Origin: Nostoc sp. | Lineage (GTDB): Bacteria; Cyanobacteriota; Cyanobacteriia; Cyanobacteriales; Nostocaceae | Assembly (NCBI RefSeq): GCF_036919555.1 | Contig: NZ_JBALCS010000100.1 | Coordinates: 69,934-101,933, forward strand | Direction of reading: 5' to 3' | Length of the DNA: 32,000 bases | Shown here: piece by piece, positions 7,093 through 14,584 of the stretch | How positions within the stretch are numbered: position 1 is the stretch's first letter | Layout: the number at the start of each line of letters is the position of its first letter | The notes under the pieces: generated by a model | Database searches by the model: none | Told to the model about the DNA's origin: nothing | The model's input: the letters and a program-made list of their open reading frames with translations, nothing else | Translations under genes and position numbers: made by a program

Positions 7093-9540
7093 ATGAACGA
7101 TCGCCCTAACTCTGAGAAAATACAGCAGAGTGCGTTTGAAAATGTTCAAGCCCGCGATATCACAGTTGGGAGCTTTACCCAGAATGAAAACCAGGGGAAA
7201 ACTCCCAAGGCAAAAGGTATTCCGCAAAATCTTCCCCTGAGTGGGGTGTTAAAGTTTGTTGGACGTGAAGCCGAACTGCAAACCCTTCACCAGATGTTGC
7301 AGGAAGATAATCAGGTGGCCATTGCAGCGATCGCTGGCATGGGTGGACTGGGTAAAACAGAATTGGCCTTACAATATGCAAAGGCTCACCGTGAAACTTA
7401 CAAGGGTGGAATTTGCTGGTTACTGGCAAGGGCTGGAGATCTGGGCATTCAAGTTGTACAGTTTGCCAGAACGCAGCTTGACTTAAACCCGCCAGAGAAT
7501 TTAACAGAAGATTCTAACCAAAAATTACTCGCGCAAGTCCAATATTGCTTTCGGCATTGGCGTGAGGGTGATGTGCTGCTAGTGTTGGATGATGTCAGTG
7601 ATTACGAGCAAGTCAAGCCTTATCTACCATCGCCATCTTCCCGATTTAAAGTGCTGATGACTACACGTCAGTACTTTGGAGGCATAGCAAAATTATCTTT
7701 GGATGTGCTGCAACCAGAAGCGGCGCTGGAGTTATTAAAGTCTTTACTCAAAGATACACCGGGGCGAATTGAAAAAGAATTAGCTGTAGCAAATCAATTG
7801 TGTGAGTGGCTGGGATATTTGCCCTTGGGTTTGGAATTAGTGGGGCGATATCTAGCGCGGAAACGGGATTTGTCTGTAACAGAAATGTTGCGGCGATTGA
7901 AAGAAAAACGACTAGATGAGCGTTCCCTCTCTAAGTCCAAGTCAGAAGGTAACATGACAGGACAACGGGGTGTGTTAGCAGCTTTTGAGTTAAGTTGGCA
8001 GGAATTAGAGGATGATGACAAGCAGCTTGGTTGTTTGCTGAGTTTATTTGCCGCCGCACCTATATCTTGGAAATTGGTGGAACACTGTTTACCAGATGAA
8101 GACGAGGAAGAGTTAGAAGAAATTAGAGATGATAAGTTGTTGAATTTGCATTTACTTCAGCGCAAAGATGAGGGAGTTTATCAACTACATCCACTGCTAA
8201 GGGAGTTTTTTCAATATAAGCTTATAGATTTACAGCAAGCAGAGGAATTAAAGCGATCGCTTTGCCAAGTAATGGTAGTAGTAGCAAAAGATATTCCTCA
8301 GACACCCACATTGAGAGATATTGCTCAAGCAACTCTTGCCATCCCTCATCTTGCAGAAGCTGCCACAGTTTACCAAGCTTGGTTAAGCGATGATGATTTA
8401 ATCTGTCCTTTTATAGGCTTGGGTAGATTTTACGAAGGTCAAGGAGCTTACACCCAAGCATTACCGTGGCGTGAACAATGTTTATCAGCTGCTAGAAAAC
8501 GTTTTGGGGATGAACACCCTTCTGTGGCAATTAGCCTAAACGATTTGGCAGGACTCTACGATTCACAAGGAAAGTACAGCGAAGCCGAACCTTTGTACAT
8601 CCAAGCTTTGTCCATATATAAACGCCTGCTGGGGGATGAACATCCAGATGTGGCAATTAGCCTGAACAATTTGGCAGAACTCTACCGTTTACAGGGAAGG
8701 TACAACGAAGCTGAACCTTTGTACATCCAAGCTTTATCCATGAGAAAACGCTTGCTGGGGGATGAACATCCAGATGTGGCACAAAGCGTAAACAATTTGG
8801 CAGGATTCTACGTTTTACAGGGAAGGTACAGCGATGCCGAACCTTTGTACATCGAAGCTTTGTCCATGAATAAACGCCTGCTGGAGAATGAACACCCAGA
8901 TGTGGCACAAAGCCTGAACAATTTGGCAGAACTCTACCGTTTACAGGGAAGGTACAACGAAGCCGAACCTTTGTACAAGGAAGCTTTTTCAATGAGAAAA
9001 CGCTTGCTGGGTGATGAACACCCAGATGTGGCACAAAGCCTGAACAGTTTGGCATTACTCTACCACTCACATGCAAGGTACAGCGATGCCGAACCTTTGT
9101 ACAAGGAAGCTTTGTCCATCAGAAAACGCCTGCTGGGCGATGAACACCCAGATGTAGCAATTAGCCTGAACAATTTGGCAGAACTCTACCGTTTACAGGG
9201 AAGGTACAACGAAGCCGAACCTTTGTACAAGGAAGCTTTGTCCATGAGAAAACGCTTGCTGGGCGATGAACACCCAGATGTGGCACAAAGCCTGAACAAT
9301 TTGGCATTACTCTACCACTCACATGCAAGGTACAGCGATGCCGAACCTTTGTACAAGGAAGCTTTGTCCATCAGAAAACGCCTGCTTGGAGATGAACACC
9401 CAGATGTGGCACAAAACCTGAACAATTTGGCAGCATGCTACTATTCACAGGAAAGGTACAGCGATGCCGAACCTTTGTTCATCCAAGCTTTATCCATGAG
9501 AAAACGCCTGCTGGGGGATGAACACCCAGATGTGGCATAA
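7093..9540 (+). CDS. STAND/NLR-like NTPase: short N-terminal motif region + NB-ARC domain + TPR (kinesin-light-chain type, 42-aa) array. The reading frame is stopped by an in-frame TAA inside the TPR array.
   Basis: NB-ARC motifs: P-loop GMGGLGKTELA, Walker B LLVLDDV, MTTR, and a GLPL-like LGYLPLGLEL. These are followed by repeats of xSLNNLAxLYxxQGRYxxAEPLYxxALSxRKRLLGDEHPDVA. Only about 55 aa precede the NTPase domain, so there is no fused effector domain. Confidence 0.9.
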   Translation: MNDRPNSEKIQQSAFENVQARDITVGSFTQNENQGKTPKAKGIPQNLPLSGVLKFVGREAELQTLHQMLQEDNQVAIAAIAGMGGLGKTELALQYAKAHRETYKGGICWLLARAGDLGIQVVQFARTQLDLNPPENLTEDSNQKLLAQVQYCFRHWREGDVLLVLDDVSDYEQVKPYLPSPSSRFKVLMTTRQYFGGIAKLSLDVLQPEAALELLKSLLKDTPGRIEKELAVANQLCEWLGYLPLGLELVGRYLARKRDLSVTEMLRRLKEKRLDERSLSKSKSEGNMTGQRGVLAAFELSWQELEDDDKQLGCLLSLFAAAPISWKLVEHCLPDEDEEELEEIRDDKLLNLHLLQRKDEGVYQLHPLLREFFQYKLIDLQQAEELKRSLCQVMVVVAKDIPQTPTLRDIAQATLAIPHLAEAATVYQAWLSDDDLICPFIGLGRFYEGQGAYTQALPWREQCLSAARKRFGDEHPSVAISLNDLAGLYDSQGKYSEAEPLYIQALSIYKRLLGDEHPDVAISLNNLAELYRLQGRYNEAEPLYIQALSMRKRLLGDEHPDVAQSVNNLAGFYVLQGRYSDAEPLYIEALSMNKRLLENEHPDVAQSLNNLAELYRLQGRYNEAEPLYKEAFSMRKRLLGDEHPDVAQSLNSLALLYHSHARYSDAEPLYKEALSIRKRLLGDEHPDVAISLNNLAELYRLQGRYNEAEPLYKEALSMRKRLLGDEHPDVAQSLNNLALLYHSHARYSDAEPLYKEALSIRKRLLGDEHPDVAQNLNNLAACYYSQERYSDAEPLFIQALSMRKRLLGDEHPDVA

Positions 9541-9789
9541 AACCTGAACAATTTGGCAGCATTCTACTATTCACAGGGAAGGTACAGCGATGCCGAACCT
9601 TTGTTCATCGAAGCTTTATCCATGAGAAAACGCTTGCTGGGGAATGAACACCCAGATGTGGCAATTAGCCTGAACAATTTGGCAAAACTCTACCATTTAC
9701 AGGGAAGCTATAGCAAAGCCGAACCTTTGTTCATCCAGGCTTTGGATATTTGTGAGCAACAGTTAGGGGTTGATCATCCCCTAACTGTT
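8530..9789 (+). repeat. Tandem array of ten 126-bp (42-codon) TPR-encoding units with high nucleotide identity
   Basis: Unit boundaries read directly at 8530, 8656, 8782, 8908, 9034, 9160, 9286, 9412, 9538 and 9664. Units 4+5 (8908-9159) and 6+7 (9160-9411) differ at about 10 of 252 positions. Confidence 0.9.
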
Positions 9790-9846
9790 AGTGTGCATGA
9801 AAATTTAGCAGATTTGCGCGATCGCCTCTCCTCAAATCAAGAATAG
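9541..9846 (+). pseudogene. In-frame 3' continuation of the NB-ARC/TPR gene (two more TPR units and a C-terminal cap), separated by the single TAA at 9538-9540
   Basis: Same frame as 7093 (both coordinates are 1 mod 3). The translation NLNNLAAFYYSQGRYSDAEPLFIEALSMRKRLLGNEHPDVAISLNNLAKLYHLQGSYSKAEPLFIQALDICEQQLGVDHPLTVSVHENLADLRDRLSSNQE continues the repeat register exactly. The ORF-track start at 9553 is a TTG inside a repeat unit. Confidence 0.8.
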
Positions 9847-10241
9847 GCAAGTTTTGTGCAAAGCGTACCATGTTAAAAGTTAGATTTGCGATCGCCTGAA
9901 TTCAACCGTTCGTTTTCTGAATTCGGCCCTTCGTTTTCTAAGACTGATCCCTCTCCTAAAACTGATTAAACTACATTCAGAGCGATCGCTTCTCGGCAAA
10001 TCTGAACTCGGCGGTTAAAGAACTCCATAACTGGGGCGACTTTTACGTAATGCTTTGGCTAACCACCAAAAAGGTGATCGCCCATCTACCAGGAAAAACG
10101 ATCGCATGAGTGGAACCTTATCTCAATCGTTAATTTCATGCTAAATTTGAGCTAAAATTATTCGGTAATTGCAGGTAATTTCAGGAGATTTACGATAATA
10201 ATATCACCGTAAATCACGGCGGCAAAACTATGCTTCCAATT

Positions 10242-10266
10242 AAAAAACCGCCAAATGGCGGCTTTT
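10242..10266 (-). terminator. Rho-independent-type terminator hairpin downstream of tRNA-Val
   Basis: aaaaaaccgccaaatggcggctttt. The stem is ccgcc/ggcgg (10248-10252 / 10257-10261) with a 4-nt loop. On the minus strand it is followed by a T-run. A T-run on the plus strand too makes it look bidirectional. Confidence 0.6.
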
Positions 10267-10271
10267 CGTAA

Positions 10272-10344
10272 TGGGCAGTACCAGACTCGAACTGATGACG
10301 TCCTGCTTGTAAGGCAGGCGCTCTACCAACTGAGCTAACCGCCC
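10272..10344 (-). tRNA. tRNA-Val (anticodon UAC)
   Basis: The minus-strand sequence gggcggttagctcagttggtagagcgcctgccttacaagcaggacgtcatcagttcgagtctggtactgccca folds as a cloverleaf. It has a 7-bp acceptor stem, D arm gctc/gagc, anticodon stem cctgc/gcagg with loop cTTACaa, and a T arm with a ttcgagt loop. It is 73 nt and CCA is not encoded. Confidence 0.92.
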
Positions 10345-10479
10345 AATCCTTAACTACTATAGCAAAATATTTCGCGTTGCGCTAGTAGTTTTGGGAAAAT
10401 CTTTTTTTCTCTTATACTGACTCAATATTCAGTTACTCAACACGGGCTAAACGCCCCGCTATCGCTAACAGGATTTAGG

Positions 10480-11061
10480 ATGCCCTCTGGTCGGACGCAC
10501 GATCGCATTACAATGTATGCTCTGCCGTTCGTGGCGGGCGTTACTTTCTGGCAGACTCGCAGTAGCAATGCGACTTTGTTGGTTGCAGGCGGATTTCTAT
10601 TTGGAGGGCTGATGTTTGGCCCCGATTTGGATATTTACTCTGTGCAATTTCAACGCTGGGGTTTGTTGCGCTGGATTTGGCTACCTTATCAAAAAAGTCT
10701 CCGTCATCGTTCTTTTTTATCCCACGGGCCGATTATTGGCACGATCCTCCGGGTACTTTATCTCGGCTGTTTACTCGCTATCTTGGCAATTTTCGTGATC
10801 ACGATCGCCGAAAGGTTATGGAATCTGAGTTTTACTTGGCAGGATTTGGGTAGAACTGTGGGGCGATCGCTCGTGGATTACGATACTGAATATATTGCTC
10901 TGTTTTTGGGGTTGGAACTCGGTGCGATGAGTCATTCTCTCAGCGATTGGGGGGGTTCGGCATACAAGCGCTTTCAAAAACAAGGGGTTAGGGGGTTGCT
11001 TCCTAGTGGCAAAATTAAGAAGCGGAAAGTGAGGAGTGGTCGGGCGAGATTGAAGAAATAA
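10480..11061 (+). CDS. DUF2227-family membrane-associated metal-binding protein
   Basis: 193-aa ORF. The N-terminal SGRTHD motif, GPDLDI, a SHGPIIGT block and hydrophobic segments match what I recall of the DUF2227 / COG2389 family. It has a basic C-terminal tail. Confidence 0.6.
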   Translation: MPSGRTHDRITMYALPFVAGVTFWQTRSSNATLLVAGGFLFGGLMFGPDLDIYSVQFQRWGLLRWIWLPYQKSLRHRSFLSHGPIIGTILRVLYLGCLLAILAIFVITIAERLWNLSFTWQDLGRTVGRSLVDYDTEYIALFLGLELGAMSHSLSDWGGSAYKRFQKQGVRGLLPSGKIKKRKVRSGRARLKK

Positions 11062-11111
11062 TTTTTTTAACGCAAAGGAACGCTCAGGGAAGCGCAGGGG
11101 TAGGCTGAGGT

Positions 11112-11927
11112 ATGGAAAATCAAGATGAGAGTTTGGTGGCTTTGCAGGAGTTGATTGAGGTAGTGGCGAAGTTGCGATCGCCTGATGGTGGTTGTCCTTG
11201 GGATTTGGCTCAAACTGCCCAAACGCTGATACCTTATGTCATTGAAGAAGCTTATGAGGTGGTGGACGCGATTAAGGGTGGGGATTGTGCTGCGATCGCA
11301 GAGGAGTTAGGCGATTTATTATTACAAGTGGTACTGCAAGCCCAAATTGCTAGCGAATCTGGAGAATTTTCCCTCAAAGAAATAACTCAGGGGATTTCCC
11401 AAAAGTTGATTCGCCGTCATCCCCATGTGTTTGGTGATGTGTCTGTTGCAAGTGTGGATGAGGTGCGGCAAAATTGGGAACAAATTAAAGCTGCCGAAAA
11501 AGGCGAAGCATTCGCAGACAGTCAAAAACTTAGTGCTAAACTCGCTCGTTATGGACGCACCCTTCCCCCACTGACGGCGGCGATGAAGATTTCTCAAAAG
11601 GCTGCGGCTATGGGGTTTGAATGGGAAAATATTCAGGGGGTCTGGGATAAGTTTGATGAGGAGTTGGGGGAGTTTCAACAGGCTCTAGCTGAGGAAACAC
11701 CAGAACGACAACAAGCAGAATTAGGCGATTTACTGTTTGCGGTGATTCAGCTAGCCCGTTGGCATAATCTTGACCCTAGCGCTGCTTTGCAAGGCACCAA
11801 TCAGCGATTTGTCCAGCGATTAGAAAAAATGGAGGCAGCTGTTGATCGTCCCTTTTCTGATTACAGTTTGGATGAGTTAGAAACTCTCTGGCAACAGGCA
11901 AAAGCCCAACTTGCCAAAGAGCAGTAA
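11112..11927 (+). CDS. mazG: Nucleoside triphosphate pyrophosphohydrolase MazG
   Basis: 271 aa with the tandem MazG domain signature: CPWDLAQT, EEAYEVVDAI, ELGDLLLQVV, RRHPHVFGD. The second domain has ELGDLLFAVIQLAR. Confidence 0.9.
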   Translation: MENQDESLVALQELIEVVAKLRSPDGGCPWDLAQTAQTLIPYVIEEAYEVVDAIKGGDCAAIAEELGDLLLQVVLQAQIASESGEFSLKEITQGISQKLIRRHPHVFGDVSVASVDEVRQNWEQIKAAEKGEAFADSQKLSAKLARYGRTLPPLTAAMKISQKAAAMGFEWENIQGVWDKFDEELGEFQQALAEETPERQQAELGDLLFAVIQLARWHNLDPSAALQGTNQRFVQRLEKMEAAVDRPFSDYSLDELETLWQQAKAQLAKEQ

Positions 11928-12005
11928 TACATCCCATTTTACATTTGATTGGACTTTGGACAAAAAAGAGTAAGTTCGCGGAAATTCTACGCGAACAAAA
12001 GTAAA

Positions 12006-12043
12006 AGACTAGAGAAACATAAATTACTATGTCTCTCTAGTCT
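12006..12043. other. Long inverted repeat (15-bp stem with 1 mismatch, 8-nt loop) downstream of mazG, possibly a terminator or RNA-stability hairpin
   Basis: agactagagaaacat-aaattact-atgtctctctagtct, read directly. There is no clear U-tract, so its function is uncertain. Confidence 0.35.
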
Positions 12044-12375
12044 CTGGAACGCATAAATCATATTTAAGATTTTCAAGTTATCTATGTAATAATACTTAAA
12101 ATATTTTGATCGATGTAAAATTAAAAGCTCTAATCTGTCTGTGTTTGATAATTACAGAATAAATGTTTTGAACCCAATCAAGCTTCACCCGATCAGAGTA
12201 ATTATTGATAACCCAGATGGTTCACCCGATTGGAGGAAGACATACCAATAGAGATAAGAATGAAAATTCATGAATTGTGCTTACCAAGGATTTCGGGCAA
12301 CGCATAATTAATTTCACCAGATGTCTAATCATCAACTCTGGTTGATAAGATGAGGAAAAAGTAAAGATTTGTGCT

Positions 12376-13683
12376 ATGACTATTCTTGACATTGCTTCTC
12401 CCCTAATTACGATCGCAGGGCAAACCCGTCAAGCTGCAAGTAAGCTAGCGATCCTCTCCAGTGAGGCAAAAAATCAAGCACTTGAAGCGATCGCTCAAGC
12501 TTTAGAATCAGCTAGAGATGAAATTTTAAAGGCAAATGTTGCTGATTGTGAAGCTGCTACTGCCGATGGAATTTCCAAACCGCTTTATAAACGCTTGCAG
12601 TTGGATGAACATAAATTAAGAGATGCGATCGCTGGGGTACGAGATGTTGGTAAGCTAGCTGATCCAGTGGGTAAACTCCAGATTCACCGCGAACTAGACA
12701 CTGGTTTGACTCTCAAGCGGATCACTTGTCCTTTAGGTGTTTTGGGGATTATTTTTGAAGCACGTCCAGAGGCGGCGATTCAAATTGTTTCCTTGGCGAT
12801 CAAATCGGGCAATGGTGTAATCCTTAAAGGTGGAAAGGAAGCGGTGCGTTCTTGTGAAGCGATCGTTAAGGCAATTAAGCAAGGATTATCTCATACTGCT
12901 GTTAACCCTGATGCGGTACAGTTGCTAACAACTAGAGAAGAAACTCTAGAACTTTTGAAATTAGATAAATATGTAGATTTAATTATTCCTAGAGGTTCTA
13001 ATTCCTTGGTGAGGTTAGTGCAGGAAAATACGCGCATTCCGGTACTAGGTCACGCCGATGGAATTTGTCATCTTTATATAGATAAAGCGGCTGATATTTC
13101 TAAAGCAGTTCCGATTACTGTCGATGCCAAAGCGCAATATCCTGCTGTTTGTAATGCGATTGAAACTTTGCTAGTTCACTCCTCTATTGCTAGAGAATTT
13201 TTACCAAAAGTTGCCGATGCTTTGCAAGAACGCCATGTGGAATTAAGAGGTGATAAAAGTACCTTAGCGATTTTGCCTAACATTACAACTGCAACAGAAA
13301 CAGACTGGGAAACTGAATACAGCGATTTTATTTTGTCGATTAAGATTGTAGATTCTATAGAAGATGCGATCGCCCATATTAACGAATATGGTTCTCGTCA
13401 TACTGACGCGATTATTACTGAAGATTCAGTATCTGTTGAAACTTTCTTTGGACTTGTCAATTCAGCCAATATCTTTCACAATTGTTCTACCCGATTTGCT
13501 GATGGTTTCCGCTATGGTTTCGGTGCAGAAGTCGGGATTAGTACACAACAAATGCCTCCCCGCGGCCCCGTTGGTTTAGAAGGATTAGTGACATACAAAT
13601 ATCAAATGACTGGCGATGGTCATATTGTAGCTACTTACACCGGAGCTAATGCTAAATTTTTTACTCATCAGGATTTGGGGTAA
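12376..13683 (+). CDS. proA: Glutamate-5-semialdehyde dehydrogenase (gamma-glutamyl phosphate reductase)
   Basis: 435 aa. It has the ProA pattern: [63 protein letters not shown]. Confidence 0.92.
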   Translation: MTILDIASPLITIAGQTRQAASKLAILSSEAKNQALEAIAQALESARDEILKANVADCEAATADGISKPLYKRLQLDEHKLRDAIAGVRDVGKLADPVGKLQIHRELDTGLTLKRITCPLGVLGIIFEARPEAAIQIVSLAIKSGNGVILKGGKEAVRSCEAIVKAIKQGLSHTAVNPDAVQLLTTREETLELLKLDKYVDLIIPRGSNSLVRLVQENTRIPVLGHADGICHLYIDKAADISKAVPITVDAKAQYPAVCNAIETLLVHSSIAREFLPKVADALQERHVELRGDKSTLAILPNITTATETDWETEYSDFILSIKIVDSIEDAIAHINEYGSRHTDAIITEDSVSVETFFGLVNSANIFHNCSTRFADGFRYGFGAEVGISTQQMPPRGPVGLEGLVTYKYQMTGDGHIVATYTGANAKFFTHQDLG

Positions 13684-13756
13684 AACATCCTCAAAGTTAT
13701 GGGCTTTAGTAATGGGATAAATACACCAATTTATCAAAACAGAATAAAGGCATCAG

Positions 13757-14165
13757 TCGTCAGAATTCATGCTGAATTTTGACCGAAAAAGCGGATAGCG
13801 CAGCGTAAAGCCTTCTCTTCTCTCAAGGGGAAACGCTACGCGAACGCCAACGGCATAGCAACTCTTAGAGACGCTACGCGTAGTTTGCTTCCCCAAAGGG
13901 GTATGCTTAGATCGAGTCTGCGAGCGTCTGAATAAACGGCGTTTTTGCACCCCTACTAAATCTACGATTTGATGGTCTTCTATTAGTGGTGGTAACAGAG
14001 CTTGCCTGCCCTGAGCCTACGTCCTACCCCTATGGGGAAGCAAGCTAGCAAGAGCGTCTCGTAGAGAAGGGTCGAAGTGCCGGTCTGAATCCTTCACTGA
14101 TAGCCCAGTGTTAGCTCATCCGAGAGCGTCTTGATTCTGACTCATGAATTCTGACTTCTGAATAC
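13757..14165. repeat. Composite of small GC-rich dispersed repeats flanked by a 13-bp perfect inverted repeat and TCTGA-type heptamer-like motifs
   Basis: gtcagaattcatg (about 13759-13771) and catgaattctgac (about 14143-14155) are exact reverse complements. The interior holds imperfect palindromes such as aggggaaacgctacgcgaacg / acgctacgcgtagtttgcttcccc and ccctatggggaagcaagc. The 65-aa ORF at 13753-13950 is probably spurious. Confidence 0.5.
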
Positions 14166-14257
14166 TTCTTCAAATGGTAAGCATTTTTTTTATGATCTAT
14201 GATTGGGATATACTAACGACAACAGAGTATCATTTACACAAATTAGAGTGAGGTATT

Positions 14258-14584
14258 ATGAGAGAACAAGTAAAAGTTATTAAGATCATCGGTAATTTAA
14301 ACGCCACAACTTCACAAGAGTTTCGGCAAAAGATTACTGATATTTTAGTAAGTGGTGCGAAAATTGTATTAGTTGATTTTCAAGATGTAACATTTATGGA
14401 TAGCTCAGGTTTGGGAGCTTTAGTATTAGCTTTCAAAACCTTGCGAGCCGCAGATACTAAGCTCGTTCTCTGCTCAGTTAATGAGCAAGTCAGGATATTA
14501 TTTGAACTGACTAATATGGATAAAGTATTTGAAATCTTCCCCAGCCAAGAAGCATTTAATCAGGTTTTAGTCTCAAAGAATTAG
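14258..14584 (+). CDS. STAS-domain anti-sigma-factor antagonist (SpoIIAA/RsbV-like)
   Basis: 108 aa with the typical STAS layout and the phosphorylatable-serine motif FMDSSGLGALV. Confidence 0.85.
   Translation: MREQVKVIKIIGNLNATTSQEFRQKITDILVSGAKIVLVDFQDVTFMDSSGLGALVLAFKTLRAADTKLVLCSVNEQVRILFELTNMDKVFEIFPSQEAFNQVLVSKN

Noticed and set aside
8657-9076. 139-aa minus-strand ORF, plus other antisense or alternate-frame ORFs inside the NLR gene (7175-7429, 7256-7486, 7794-8021)
   Set aside because: The ORF lies entirely within the TPR repeat array. Its own sequence is a periodic echo of the 126-bp units, and the plus-strand frame carries unmistakable NB-ARC and TPR motifs. It is an artefact of repeat periodicity.
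8530-9789. Regular 126-bp periodicity that might suggest a CRISPR-like array
   Set aside because: There is no alternation of conserved repeats and unique spacers. The whole unit is conserved, in-frame and encodes 42-aa TPR motifs. No cas genes are present.
10272-10344. An att-type direct repeat of the tRNA-Val 3' half marking the far end of an integrated element
   Set aside because: I scanned the candidate boundaries (about 2130-2240, 5700-5840, 6534-6626, 9847-10271) by eye and found no copy of the tRNA 3' segment. No integrase gene is present either. This cannot be supported from this window.
13753-13950. 65-aa minus-strand ORF (Arg/Ser/Thr-rich)
   Set aside because: It lies wholly inside GC-rich dispersed repeats and has a repeat-derived composition.
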